A program made the translations under genes and the position numbers. From assembly GCF_000018785.1 (NCBI RefSeq), contig NC_010163.1, forward strand, positions 450,001-482,000: DNA of 32,000 bases, given 5' to 3'. Every line of letters starts with the position of its first letter. The first letter of the stretch is position 1. The notes under the pieces are model-generated. The model made no database searches. It had not been told where the DNA came from and saw only the letters and a list, made by a program, of their open reading frames with translations. The stretch is from Acholeplasma laidlawii PG-8A. GTDB lineage: Bacteria > Bacillota_I > Bacilli_A > Acholeplasmatales > Acholeplasmataceae. Of this stretch, positions 1 through 10,096 are shown in pieces.

Positions 1-269
1 TAGGTATGCCACATACTTTAGATACATCTGTGATGTTTCCAACGATGCTATATATTCGCTTAAAAAACGAAATAGACTATCAAGCAATCGATGGTTTACC
101 AGTAAAGGAAATATACGCAATTGCAATGCCAAACAGCTATCAAAAAGAGCATTTAGAGTTGATTAGCAAGATTGCTACTATCTATATAGATGAAACATCA
201 AAACAAGAAATTAGAGCACTAGATACAAAAGAAAGTATTCATAGTTTCATCTCTAAAAACTTAAAATAA
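1..269 (+). CDS. C-terminal part of a PTS EIIA-like domain (fructose/mannitol type), truncated by the window edge
   Basis: The frame is open to the left edge (GMPHTLDTSVMF...). GMPH resembles the EIIA-2 active-site His context, followed by VKEIYAIAMPNSYQKEHLELISKIATIYIDE, which resembles the EIIA-2 C-terminal half. Confidence 0.5.
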   Translation, partial: GMPHTLDTSVMFPTMLYIRLKNEIDYQAIDGLPVKEIYAIAMPNSYQKEHLELISKIATIYIDETSKQEIRALDTKESIHSFISKNLK

Positions 270-343
270 CACAAAGTCCGCATAAATTATCGTTTATGCG
301 GTTTTATTTTTTATGGCATGTTAAAATAATTTTAGGTGATGAC

Positions 344-853
344 ATGAGAGTTGAAATTTGGTTTGACTTCAATCAAGAGAGTTTAGAAGTCATAAATAAT
401 TTAAATAATGCCTTTGAGCGCTTTAAACATTCTAAAGATGTGGATATCTTATTTAGATCTTTACCGCAAAAAGAAGAGCACTTTAAATACCATGAAATAT
501 TTCAGTATGGGAGAAAAAAAGGATTAAAACACAGTTATTTATGTACTGTTTTTGATTTATTTAAAAGTAAAACTGATTTGACAACTGGTTTAGAAAGCCG
601 TTTATCACCATATCATGTAGATATTAAAGATTTACAAACAAATTTAAAAGATCATAAGAGTTTAAGAATTGTTAAAAATCAATTAGAACATGCAGCACTT
701 CAAAAAATCGATACTGCTCCAACACTTACCTTTACCCATGGGTTTAGATTAGTGGGCGTTAGTTCTATTTCTGATATTGAACAAACCTTAATTAAGATGT
801 ATGAAAAGGACTCTGGAATTAAATACTGTATAGAAGAAGATTGTGAAAGATGA
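344..853 (+). CDS. DsbA/FrnE-like thioredoxin-fold protein lacking the CxxC motif
   Basis: MRVEIWFDF..., FKYHEIFQYGRKKGLKHSYLCTVFDLF and DTAPTLTFTHGFRLVGVSS match the layout of FrnE-like DsbA proteins. The usual CPxC position reads NQES. The start was moved from 296 to the ATG at 344, which has AGGTGAT upstream. Confidence 0.45.
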   Translation: MRVEIWFDFNQESLEVINNLNNAFERFKHSKDVDILFRSLPQKEEHFKYHEIFQYGRKKGLKHSYLCTVFDLFKSKTDLTTGLESRLSPYHVDIKDLQTNLKDHKSLRIVKNQLEHAALQKIDTAPTLTFTHGFRLVGVSSISDIEQTLIKMYEKDSGIKYCIEEDCER

Positions 854-872
854 TGTGAAAATCATCTTTTTT
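846..872 (+). terminator. Rho-independent terminator
   Basis: AAAGATGAT-gtgaaa-ATCATCTTT stem followed by a T run. Confidence 0.8.
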
Positions 873-952
873 TGTAAATATGCATAAAAATGAGTGGCAT
901 CATGGTATACTTGATAAGGTTCAAAAAACGAAAAAGAAATAAGGGATACTAA

Positions 953-2596
953 ATGGCAATTTTATTTAACGATTTACCAATATTAGATACAACAAAAGTA
1001 GCATTAGAAAAATTAGGTTTTACTGAAGCTACACCAATACAGGAACAAGCAATTCCAAAGATGATTTTAGGTTTAGACTTAATCGGTCAAGCTCAAACAG
1101 GAACAGGAAAGACATTTGCTTTTGGCATACCGATGGTCGAAAAAACTGATACATCCTTAAGACAAACTCAAGGTTTAATTTTAACTCCAACTAGAGAATT
1201 AACAAATCAAGTGTACAAAGAGATTATTAAATTAGTGAAGTTTTACCCAGAATTAAGAGTTACAACCATCGTTGGTGGTGAGTCCTATGAAAAACAATTC
1301 AAGGAACTAGACAGAAAACCACATATCATTGTTGCAACACCAGGACGTATTATTGATCATATCGATCGAGGTACAGTGGATTTATCACACATTACAACAC
1401 TTACATTAGATGAAGCTGATGAAATGTTAAAAATGGGTTTCCAAGATGATATCGAACGCATTCTACAAACAACACCAGAAACACGTCAAACTGTATTATT
1501 TTCTGCAACAATGCCAGCATTTATTAAAAAGATAGCTAAAAACTATCAAAAAAATCCTGAGCTTATTAAAATTGAAGCAAAAAGTTTAACAGTTGATCGT
1601 ATTACTCAAGCTTACTTCTTAGTTAAAGAAAAAGAAAAACAAAGTTTATTAGAACGTCTATTAGATTTTGAAAATCCATCAACTGCAATTATTTTTGTGA
1701 ATACAAAAGCAGGTGCGGATAGAATTACTGAAAGTTTACAAAAAGCAGGATTTACTGCGGATGCACTTCATGGTGACTTAAAACAATCACAACGTACATA
1801 CGTTATGAATCGTTTTAGAAGTAAACAACTATCTATCTTAGTAGCAACAGACGTTGCAGCTAGAGGGTTAGACGTTGATGATGTTGAAATTATTGTAAAC
1901 TATGATTTACCTCAACAAGATGAAATCTATGTTCACCGTATTGGCCGTACAGGTCGTGCTGGTAAAAAAGGTAAAGCATTCACATTTGTTACACCACTTA
2001 AACGTCGTATGTTAGATATGTTAGCTCACTACACTAAAGCAGATATTAAACGCTTAGAAGTGCCAACAGCTGATGATGTTTACAAAGAACAACTTAAAAC
2101 ATTTAAACATAAAATTAAAACTGAACTAGCAAATGAATATCCAAACCATTTAGAAGCTATTAAAGAATTATTAGTGGATGAAGGTTCTAAGGATCAACTA
2201 TTAAATTACTTACTAGACAGCATGCTGCCTACTAAAAAAACTTACGAAACAATTGAAATCATTCCTGAAAAAGCATCAAGAAGAAGTCAAGATGAAAGAG
2301 GAAATGACAAAGGTAGAAAAGATTCAAGATCATCAAGAGATGCTTCACCAGCTCGTGGCAGTGGCCAATATGTTGACTTCACTCTAAATATCGGTAAAGC
2401 AGATGGACTAACACCTCCGACACTATTTAAATTCATGGAAAAAGAATATGGTATCTTCTCTAAAAATATTGGCGATATTAGACACCATAAAAACGAAACA
2501 GTTTTCGGACTTAGAAAAGATTCTGTAAGACGTCTTAATGCAAAAAAAGAAGTGAATTATAAAGGTAGAAAAGTAGTTATCAAAACATTAAACTAA
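953..2596 (+). CDS. cshA: DEAD-box ATP-dependent RNA helicase (CshA/DeaD-like) with DbpA-type RNA-binding C-terminus
   Basis: AQTGTGKT (Walker A), PTRELT, DEAD, SAT, HRIGRTGRAG; C-terminal VDFTLNIGKADGL...GDIRHHKNETVFGL. Confidence 0.95.
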   Translation: MAILFNDLPILDTTKVALEKLGFTEATPIQEQAIPKMILGLDLIGQAQTGTGKTFAFGIPMVEKTDTSLRQTQGLILTPTRELTNQVYKEIIKLVKFYPELRVTTIVGGESYEKQFKELDRKPHIIVATPGRIIDHIDRGTVDLSHITTLTLDEADEMLKMGFQDDIERILQTTPETRQTVLFSATMPAFIKKIAKNYQKNPELIKIEAKSLTVDRITQAYFLVKEKEKQSLLERLLDFENPSTAIIFVNTKAGADRITESLQKAGFTADALHGDLKQSQRTYVMNRFRSKQLSILVATDVAARGLDVDDVEIIVNYDLPQQDEIYVHRIGRTGRAGKKGKAFTFVTPLKRRMLDMLAHYTKADIKRLEVPTADDVYKEQLKTFKHKIKTELANEYPNHLEAIKELLVDEGSKDQLLNYLLDSMLPTKKTYETIEIIPEKASRRSQDERGNDKGRKDSRSSRDASPARGSGQYVDFTLNIGKADGLTPPTLFKFMEKEYGIFSKNIGDIRHHKNETVFGLRKDSVRRLNAKKEVNYKGRKVVIKTLN

Positions 2597-2597
2597 A

Positions 2598-2623
2598 TAG
2601 CACATTCGTGCTATTTTTTTTGT
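2598..2623 (+). terminator. Rho-independent terminator of the helicase gene
   Basis: AATAGCAC-attc-GTGCTATT followed by a T run. Confidence 0.9.
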
Positions 2624-2806
2624 TATACATATATCAGATGTGATTACCGAGGTATAAAAGACTGTTCATAATCAGGCCTTCTTTTAATGGATAATTAAAT
2701 ATTATAAGTACTTAGTAGTTATTATCACGAATTTATCATCAATTTAGTGAAATAATCATCAAAAAATGATACAATAAGTAAGAAAAGGCAATAGGAGGAT
2801 TTAGTC

Positions 2807-4180
2807 TTGCATCTATTTGATAATATCCCTGATACACTATTTAATGTCTTATCTTCTCCAAACAAACATATATACGTAGACTGTCTGTTTATCATATATG
2901 ATGCCACCAACTCAATTGAAAATGCGTTTCAAGGTGAACGAGGCTATGTGATTGATAAGTTAGTTGACTATTTTGATGAACTTAAAGAAGATTTTCAGAT
3001 GGGGGATAGTGAAGTCACTACTTCACGTCAAAAGTCTGTTTCTGTCATTAATGTATTAAAGCAAAATGGTTGGTTAGGTGAAGAAGAACTAGGGGATTAT
3101 AAAACATCTTTAAATTTATTCGATTACTCCATCAAAATTATTGATTTACTTAAAAGAATTCAAATGGGTGAAGAAAACGAGTATACCGGTGAAATTTACA
3201 CCGTGTACTCTCTTTTGTCATCTTTTGATATTTTAGATGGTTTAACTATTGTAGAACAAGCATATCAAAAGATTGAAGATGTCTTAAGGAAACTTAAAAC
3301 TTTAAAAGCAAACATTTACCGTTTTTACTTTGATTTAGTTAAAAAGGATAGAAAAGATGATTTACAAAAAGTTTTAGAAAAACTACTTATAGACTATAAA
3401 ACAAACTTCTTTGATAGTGCATATTATCATTTAAAAACGACAGATTCACTACCGAGATATAAACGTAGTATTTTAGAAAATATATCCTATATTTACCAAA
3501 ATGAAGGTTTTATGGAAACTATGGCAGAACAAGCACTAACAAAAAGAAAAGCACTTCAATATAATGATGCATATAACTATGTTGAAGAACGTATTCGCTA
3601 TATAAAAGATTCTATTGATGCCATTGAGTATTTAATTGAAGGTATTGATAATAAAAATGAATTATACATTAATGCTGCAGCATCTAAGATTATGTTTTTA
3701 ACTAACACATCAGAGGACTTAGAAGGCTTAATGAATCGTTTATTTAAGATTATATTAAGCGATAAAAAGGTAGATTATAGTCAAATATTTAACCTTTTTA
3801 GAGCTAGAAACTTAGATGAAAACTCGCTTCAGACAGTTAGAAGGCCAAGAGTGGATGCTGTTGCAGAGGAAATTGACTATAACCAAGATATCTCTGATGA
3901 GGTTAAGGAACGTAAGATGGCAAGCCTACTTAAGGCAAACTTATTTTCTAAAAAAGAAATTAACAACTATGTCACTTACTTACTAGGCGATGCACCAAGA
4001 ATATTAGCAAGTCATATTGAATTAGAATCAAACGATGATTTTGTTAAACTGATCTTAATCTTCTTATTTAGTAAATCAACAGGTATGGTTTACGATGTTA
4101 GATTATTAAATTATGATACGAGAATTGGACATATTAAATTTACTGATTTTGAAATCTTTGTTAAAGGAAAAAGCTTATGA
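2807..4180 (+). CDS. jetA: Wadjet/condensin-like JetA (type II-like, DUF5716-like), MukF/kleisin-type subunit
   Basis: TTG start after AGGAGG (2793-2798). 457 aa starting HLFDNIPDTLFNVLSSPNKHIYVDCLFIIYD and followed immediately by JetB- and JetC-like ORFs. The call rests mostly on synteny and remembered family resemblance. Confidence 0.75.
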   Translation: MHLFDNIPDTLFNVLSSPNKHIYVDCLFIIYDATNSIENAFQGERGYVIDKLVDYFDELKEDFQMGDSEVTTSRQKSVSVINVLKQNGWLGEEELGDYKTSLNLFDYSIKIIDLLKRIQMGEENEYTGEIYTVYSLLSSFDILDGLTIVEQAYQKIEDVLRKLKTLKANIYRFYFDLVKKDRKDDLQKVLEKLLIDYKTNFFDSAYYHLKTTDSLPRYKRSILENISYIYQNEGFMETMAEQALTKRKALQYNDAYNYVEERIRYIKDSIDAIEYLIEGIDNKNELYINAAASKIMFLTNTSEDLEGLMNRLFKIILSDKKVDYSQIFNLFRARNLDENSLQTVRRPRVDAVAEEIDYNQDISDEVKERKMASLLKANLFSKKEINNYVTYLLGDAPRILASHIELESNDDFVKLILIFLFSKSTGMVYDVRLLNYDTRIGHIKFTDFEIFVKGKSL

Positions 4181-4815
4181 TGAACAAAAACCAAGCAATT
4201 AAAAAACTAAGTGAAGAGTTTGTAGTCTTAAAAGAAGCAGAAAAAACTGTTTTTTCTAGAATTGTAAACAAATTACTTCAAGTGAACTTCATCACCAGAA
4301 AAAAGATTGCTGATGCAAATGATTACCGTTTTGTATTAGCATATAAGGAAATATTTGAAGCCTATTTTTGTTTATCAGATTTTGAACTTATTATTGAGCG
4401 ACATGAAGAAGTCTTATATATCAAAAATATATCAAACTTTAATCACTTAAGACTTAGAAAAGCTGAAAGTATTTTATTACTAATTATTAGAATGTTATAT
4501 CAATCGAAGATGAATGTCATTACTTTGGATGAAAACGTTGAAATATACTTAAGTGAGGTTCATGATGAACTCACTAAAGTAGGTTACCTAGATAACAAAC
4601 GTATGACTAAAGAAACATTAAAACCTAGTCTTCAATTACTTAAGAGCTATAACATCATTGATTATATGGATAGTAAATTAAATGATGATGCAAGAATTAA
4701 GATATATCCAACGATTTTATATGTCATTAGAACAGACAGCATCAAAGAATTATTAGATCACATAGACGACTATGTTAAAGGGGGTAATGTAAATGAAGAA
4801 GTTGACGAAGATTAA
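4177..4815 (+). CDS. jetB: JetB/MukE-like subunit (DUF4194-like)
   Basis: 212 aa. ATGA overlap with jetA (4177-4180) and 23-nt overlap with jetC. Small wHTH-like protein in the canonical second position. Confidence 0.75.
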   Translation: MMNKNQAIKKLSEEFVVLKEAEKTVFSRIVNKLLQVNFITRKKIADANDYRFVLAYKEIFEAYFCLSDFELIIERHEEVLYIKNISNFNHLRLRKAESILLLIIRMLYQSKMNVITLDENVEIYLSEVHDELTKVGYLDNKRMTKETLKPSLQLLKSYNIIDYMDSKLNDDARIKIYPTILYVIRTDSIKELLDHIDDYVKGGNVNEEVDED

Positions 4816-7800
4816 ACTGATTAATTGGCATTTGTTTACAGACCAAACCATTAAAATAGATGGTAATACATTAATCTCTGGTGAAAACGGTGCTGGTAAA
4901 TCAACATTACTTGACGCCTTACAATATTTATTAGTCGGTGGAAAATCCGGTGCTAAATTTAATATTGCAGCAACTGATGATGCCAAACGTACCCTTGAGG
5001 GTTACGTTCGTGGTCGTATTGGTGCTGAAAATAAAGAATTTATCCGTTCAGGGGATGTTATCACTCATGTTGCATTAGAGTTTTATGATGAACAAAGTGA
5101 TGAATTTGGTATTATTGGTGCAGTCTTAGAGTTACCTAAAATGGGTAACTTAAAAGAAAGATTTTACTTACTAGAAAACTTAAATCTTCATGATGGTATT
5201 TTTATGGATAAAAATACGCCAAGAGATTACCGCTCCATGAAAGCATATTTAAAAACATTATCGATTGATTTTATACCGTTTGATTCACAACGTCAATACC
5301 GTGATGCACTTGCTAAATACTTTGGTATTGATGCTAAAAAATACTCAAAAATATTACCTAAAGCACTGGCTTTTAGACCGATTGATTTACAATCATTTGT
5401 TTTTGAATTCTTATTAGACGATGAACCCATTGATATTCAAAGTCTAAAAAATAATGTGACACAACTTAAACGAGTTGAAGGTCAAATTCGCTTAGACAAG
5501 GAAAAATTAGAAAAATTAGAAAAAATTATTACTTTGGGTGAGTCTCTTAATCAAAACCTAGATCAAATTACAACCAATGAGTTAATTGATCAAATGGCAT
5601 TTATTGAAAAAAGAGAAACCTTTTTAAATCATTCTGAAAATTTACTGGATAAAGTGAATGCTAAATATGAAGTACTAAAACGTCAAAAAGATGATTTAGA
5701 TAGACAAATAACATCGAATGATGAAACGATTTTAGAACTTGAGACATCACGTCAAAATGATGATATCACTCGTACCCTTTCAAACCTAAAAGAACAACTG
5801 CATGCTAAGGGAAACCAGTATAATGAACAAAAAGTGATTGTCAGTGATTTAAAAGCAACTCTAAATAGAGAACTTGATTTATATAGAGACTTTGTGAATT
5901 TAAATCCAAATACACATATCTCAGCATTCCTAAAATATTATTCTGGTCACGAGGAAAATTCAAATATTTTAGAATTAAGCAGTTACATTGAAGGTGCACA
6001 ATCTGCAGCAAGTGGTTATTTAAATGCTTTAAGTGTAGAAAAATCTGAACTTGAAAAAGAAAGAAATAATATCTTAAATGAATTAAGGATTGCTGAAAAC
6101 AGATTAAATGCACTAAAAAGAAATGTCAAAACATATCCTAGAAATGTCCAATCCTTAATGGATGCTATTAATACAGAACTATCAAATTATTATAAAAAAG
6201 ATGTACGTGTGCGTGCTTTTTCAGATCTAATTGAAGTTAAGGATGAAGCATGGCGTGATGCATTAGAGGGTTACCTAAATACAAGACGTTTTGACTTGAT
6301 TATTGATCCACTATACTTTAATGATGCACTTGAAGTCTATGACCGTGTTAAAAATGAATTATCTATTTACGGTGTAGGGTTAGTCAATACTGCTAAAATC
6401 GGTGAATATACAACATGCTTACCAAATTCACTTGCTGCTAAAGTAACAACAGATCATCCTTATGCTAGAAACTATGTCAACATGACCATGGGGTATGTTG
6501 TCACAGTTGATAATTTAAGTGATTTAAAAAATCATCAAAGATCAATTACTAAGTCTGCAATGACTTATGCTAACCACACAGCAAGACAAATCAATCCAAG
6601 TCAATATCAAGTACCTTACATTGGTAATTCATCGACACAACTTCAAGTAGAAATGGATACTAAGTTAGTAGGTGAACTGACAAGTGATCTTAAACGTGTA
6701 TCCAATTTACTTGAGAAAAACCAAATGTCACTCAGATTATTACAACAATCTAAATTAGGACATATTGTATCTTCTAATCAAATTAGATACTTTGATAATA
6801 TTAAACAAACAAGAAAAGAATACATTGAACTAGAACAAAAAGTAGCGAATTTATCAAGTAATCCTAAGATTGCTGAATTAGAGTCACAACTTGATGAAGA
6901 GCGTAACAAGAAACGTCAACTACGTCTAGATTTTGAAAAGTTAGCTGATCAAATGGCTGATTTACGTAGTGAAAAAACACGTATTCTTGAACAAATTGAA
7001 GAATCACGAGATGCATTATCCAATTATTTAAAGGAACAAAAAGAGTGGAATCAAAAATATCCAACACTTTTACCGATAGCTTATAACCAGTTTAACGCAT
7101 TAAAAGTGAGATATCAGTCAAATTATGACTTGATTTCTAGAGATTTAGCACAATCTACAATTCAAATTAAATCTCAAAATGCACGTGCAGAAGCTGATGT
7201 TGTAAACTTAATGCGTGCATATATTATAAACTATCACTTTGGTGCTGCACCAGATCTATCAGAGCTCATTGAATTTGAAAAAGAGTATGTCTTGATTAAA
7301 GACAATAATTTAATGAAGTATGAACAAGAAGCAATTGACTTAAGAAAAGCTTCTGAAACCGGATTTAGAGAAGAATTTGTAGGTAAACTAAGAGCATCAA
7401 TTGAATCCGCTCAAATTCAAATTGCAGAACTTAACCAGGCCTTAACTGGAAAGCACTTTGGTACAGATAGTTATGAGCTTGTTACAAAACCATCAGAGAA
7501 TCCAGAGTTTAGAACATACTATGATATCATTATGGACTCTGATGCGGTAGCTAAACATACCTTATTTACAGAAAACCTATCTAAACGTAAAGAAATTATA
7601 TTAATGGAGTTATTTAATAAGATTGCTTCATTTGATCCTGAAAATGATAAGTTTGCATTACAATTTTTAGATTACCGCTATTACATGAGTTATGATATTG
7701 AAGTCACAAACGAAAATGGTAACAAATCATACTTTAGTAAGGTAAGTAAAGAAAAATCTGGTGGTGAGACTCAGGTACCATTCTATATTGTTATTGCAGC

Positions 7801-8059
7801 AAGTTTCCAACAACTATTAAGTAAAAATAAACGTATTGATGCGGGTTGTATGGTATTATTTGACGAAGCATTTAACAACATGGATGAGTCTAGAATTGAT
7901 GCGATGATGAAGTTCTATAACTCATTAAGTATTCAATTATTTATCGCAGTGCCACCTCAAAGGGTAAGTAACATTGTAAACTATGTGACAACATCACTAG
8001 CGATAGTTAAAGATAACGATTTTGCAATTGTAGAGGCATTCAAAAGAGAGGTTATTTAA
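4793..8059 (+). CDS. jetC: JetC/MukB-like SMC-family ATPase
   Basis: N-terminal KIKLINWHLFTDQTIKIDGNTLISGENGAGKSTLLDALQYLLVG (Walker A), long coiled-coil arms with a central hinge-like region, C-terminal KEKSGGETQVPFYIVIAAS signature and CMVLFDEAFNNMDESR (Walker B). 1088 aa, with an AAAGGGGG Shine-Dalgarno. Confidence 0.9.
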   Translation: MKKLTKIKLINWHLFTDQTIKIDGNTLISGENGAGKSTLLDALQYLLVGGKSGAKFNIAATDDAKRTLEGYVRGRIGAENKEFIRSGDVITHVALEFYDEQSDEFGIIGAVLELPKMGNLKERFYLLENLNLHDGIFMDKNTPRDYRSMKAYLKTLSIDFIPFDSQRQYRDALAKYFGIDAKKYSKILPKALAFRPIDLQSFVFEFLLDDEPIDIQSLKNNVTQLKRVEGQIRLDKEKLEKLEKIITLGESLNQNLDQITTNELIDQMAFIEKRETFLNHSENLLDKVNAKYEVLKRQKDDLDRQITSNDETILELETSRQNDDITRTLSNLKEQLHAKGNQYNEQKVIVSDLKATLNRELDLYRDFVNLNPNTHISAFLKYYSGHEENSNILELSSYIEGAQSAASGYLNALSVEKSELEKERNNILNELRIAENRLNALKRNVKTYPRNVQSLMDAINTELSNYYKKDVRVRAFSDLIEVKDEAWRDALEGYLNTRRFDLIIDPLYFNDALEVYDRVKNELSIYGVGLVNTAKIGEYTTCLPNSLAAKVTTDHPYARNYVNMTMGYVVTVDNLSDLKNHQRSITKSAMTYANHTARQINPSQYQVPYIGNSSTQLQVEMDTKLVGELTSDLKRVSNLLEKNQMSLRLLQQSKLGHIVSSNQIRYFDNIKQTRKEYIELEQKVANLSSNPKIAELESQLDEERNKKRQLRLDFEKLADQMADLRSEKTRILEQIEESRDALSNYLKEQKEWNQKYPTLLPIAYNQFNALKVRYQSNYDLISRDLAQSTIQIKSQNARAEADVVNLMRAYIINYHFGAAPDLSELIEFEKEYVLIKDNNLMKYEQEAIDLRKASETGFREEFVGKLRASIESAQIQIAELNQALTGKHFGTDSYELVTKPSENPEFRTYYDIIMDSDAVAKHTLFTENLSKRKEIILMELFNKIASFDPENDKFALQFLDYRYYMSYDIEVTNENGNKSYFSKVSKEKSGGETQVPFYIVIAASFQQLLSKNKRIDAGCMVLFDEAFNNMDESRIDAMMKFYNSLSIQLFIAVPPQRVSNIVNYVTTSLAIVKDNDFAIVEAFKREVI

Positions 8060-8064
8060 CCCTA

Positions 8065-9777
8065 ATGACAAAACTTAAAGGTAATGGTGTATCCAGTGGT
8101 ATAGCAATTGCTAAGGTACATCAATTCAAACTAAATAACATGTTTGCAATGAATAAGTATGCAACCGACAAAGCATTTGAAATCAAGCGCTTAGGGGATG
8201 CACTTTATAAAGCAGATAAGGAACTTGAAAATCTAACCAAGCAAGCTGAAGAAAGAATTGGGGTTGAACATGCCCAAATCTTTAGTGCGCAACAAATGAT
8301 GATTAATGACCCTGAAATGATAAAAAATGCGCATGTTAAAATAAATGACTTTAATCTAGATGCTGCCTACGCATTTAAGCAAACTATGAGTGAAATGATA
8401 GATATGTTTGAGTTAAGTGATAATCCATACATTAAGGAACGTATCTCTGATTTAGAAGATATTTCAAATAGAGTATTACATATTTTAAGTGGAAAAACGC
8501 ATAGTCTTTATGTGTTTAATGAAGATGTGATACTTGTAGCAACAGACTTAGTCCCTTCAGAAACAATCAATTTAGACACAACTTTTATTAAAGGTATTGT
8601 CATTGAAAAAGGATCTAAAACAAGTCACTCAGCAATTCTTGCACGTAATTTAGGTATTCCTGCAATTACGGGTGTTGATGTAAGTAAAATACATCACGAC
8701 ACACTTGCAATCATTGATGGACACACAGGGGATATTTTATTAGAACCTAGTGAAGATACCATCAAAACATACCAAACTAAACAGCAAGAAGCACTTAAAT
8801 TACAATCAACGTATGAAACAATAAAAGACCTTAAAACAGCAACCATAGACAATCATGAAGTCCATTTAGCTGCAAACATTGGTGTTGATTTAGACATTCA
8901 AGAAGCACTAGATGCTAATGCTTCAGGTATTGGTTTATTACGTACAGAAAACCAGTATTTAGAATCTGATGATTTTCCAACCGAAGATGAACTATTTATC
9001 TTCTATGAAAAGGTAGCAACATCATTTGAAACTAATGAAGTCACTATTAGAACGCTTGATATTGGTGGCGATAAAAACTTAAGTTACCTCAATATGCGTA
9101 AAGAATTAAACCCATTTTTAGGTAATAGAGCAATCAGATATAGCCTAAGTTATCCATCATTATTTAAAACTCAGCTTCGTGCTATCTTACGTGCTAATAC
9201 ACATCAAAATATTAAAGTCATGTTTCCAATGATTTCAACTTTAAAAGAACTCATGGATGCGAAGAAGATACTAGATGAAACTTATCAAGCATTAAAGATT
9301 GAAGGACATGAAGTAAATTATCCAAAGATTGGTATGATGGTTGAAGTACCATCCGCTGCACTTGGTATAGAAAAGTTTTTACCACATATTGATTTCATCA
9401 GTATTGGAACCAATGACCTGATTCAATACATGTTTGCAGCAGATAGAATGAATGAACGTGTAGCATATCTTTATCAACCATATAATCCAATTCTTTTGTC
9501 CACCATCAAATCTATGATTGACAAGACTAATAAGCATGGTATAATAGTTAGCGTGTGCGGTGAAATGGCTGGCCATAAAGCTCAAAGTTTACTACTTATT
9601 GGCTTAGGTATCAAACATTTAAGCATGCATGCAAACTTAATTTTAGAAAACAAATACTTGATTTCTAAAACAACTTATAAGGCACTAGAAGAAATTGCCG
9701 AAAAAGCATTATTACTAGATCACCCTTACGAAGTTGAAGCACTTATAAATACATATATTAAAGGACTTAAATATTAA
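8065..9777 (+). CDS. ptsI: Phosphoenolpyruvate-protein phosphotransferase (PTS enzyme I)
   Basis: GSKTSHSAILARNLGIPAITGV (phospho-His domain), GIGLLRTENQYLESDDFPTEDELFIFY, DIGGDKNLSYLN, SIGTNDLIQYMFAADR, VSVCGEMAGHKAQ. Confidence 0.97.
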   Translation: MTKLKGNGVSSGIAIAKVHQFKLNNMFAMNKYATDKAFEIKRLGDALYKADKELENLTKQAEERIGVEHAQIFSAQQMMINDPEMIKNAHVKINDFNLDAAYAFKQTMSEMIDMFELSDNPYIKERISDLEDISNRVLHILSGKTHSLYVFNEDVILVATDLVPSETINLDTTFIKGIVIEKGSKTSHSAILARNLGIPAITGVDVSKIHHDTLAIIDGHTGDILLEPSEDTIKTYQTKQQEALKLQSTYETIKDLKTATIDNHEVHLAANIGVDLDIQEALDANASGIGLLRTENQYLESDDFPTEDELFIFYEKVATSFETNEVTIRTLDIGGDKNLSYLNMRKELNPFLGNRAIRYSLSYPSLFKTQLRAILRANTHQNIKVMFPMISTLKELMDAKKILDETYQALKIEGHEVNYPKIGMMVEVPSAALGIEKFLPHIDFISIGTNDLIQYMFAADRMNERVAYLYQPYNPILLSTIKSMIDKTNKHGIIVSVCGEMAGHKAQSLLLIGLGIKHLSMHANLILENKYLISKTTYKALEEIAEKALLLDHPYEVEALINTYIKGLKY

Positions 9778-9788
9778 GTCCTTCACAC

Positions 9789-9877
9789 GGAACAATACTC
9801 AAGAGGCTGAAGAGGCACGCTTGGAAAGCGTGTAGGGTGTAATAGCCGCGAGGGTTCAAATCCCTCTTGTTCCGCCA
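9789..9877 (+). tRNA. tRNA-Ser(GGA), 89 nt including encoded CCA
   Basis: GGAACAA/TTGTTCC acceptor stem, discriminator G plus CCA, CTTGGAAAG anticodon loop, long class II variable arm TAGGGTGTAATAGCCGC, T-arm GAGGGTTCAAATCCCTC. Confidence 0.95.
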
Positions 9878-9930
9878 TAATTTAACAATAGTGTTGATAC
9901 AATAGTATCGACCTTACAGTATACGAAAAT

Positions 9931-9950
9931 AGGGAGAATATCCCTTTTTT
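9931..9950 (+). terminator. Weak rho-independent terminator downstream of tRNA-Ser
   Basis: AGGGA-gaata-TCCCT followed by a T run. Confidence 0.5.
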
Positions 9951-10096
9951 CTTTATAATAATACCGTTCTATTATAGGTTTCGCTTTGTGAGTTTAAACG
10001 CGCTATCAAAAATGTTAGTATAAAAACACAAATGGTCAATATAAAACACGAAAGCATAACACAAAAAACGATTGATTAAACTAAATTTGAATAGCT

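Noticed and set aside
2725-2910. 61-aa minus-strand ORF overlapping the start of jetA
   Set aside because: It overlaps the jetA SD and start and has no motifs. I considered it as an antitoxin-like or regulatory peptide, but nothing supports this.
4753-4986. 77-aa antisense ORF over the jetB/jetC junction
   Set aside because: No SD or family resemblance; it is an antisense shadow of dense coding sequence.
5841-7067. Antisense ORFs within jetC
   Set aside because: Typical shadow ORFs of a long AT-rich gene, with no initiation signals.
9893-9912. Hairpin GTTGATAC-aata-GTATCGAC after tRNA-Ser, considered as an att site or mobile-element end
   Set aside because: No second copy or integrase was found in the window. 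It may just be part of the tRNA 3' trailer.
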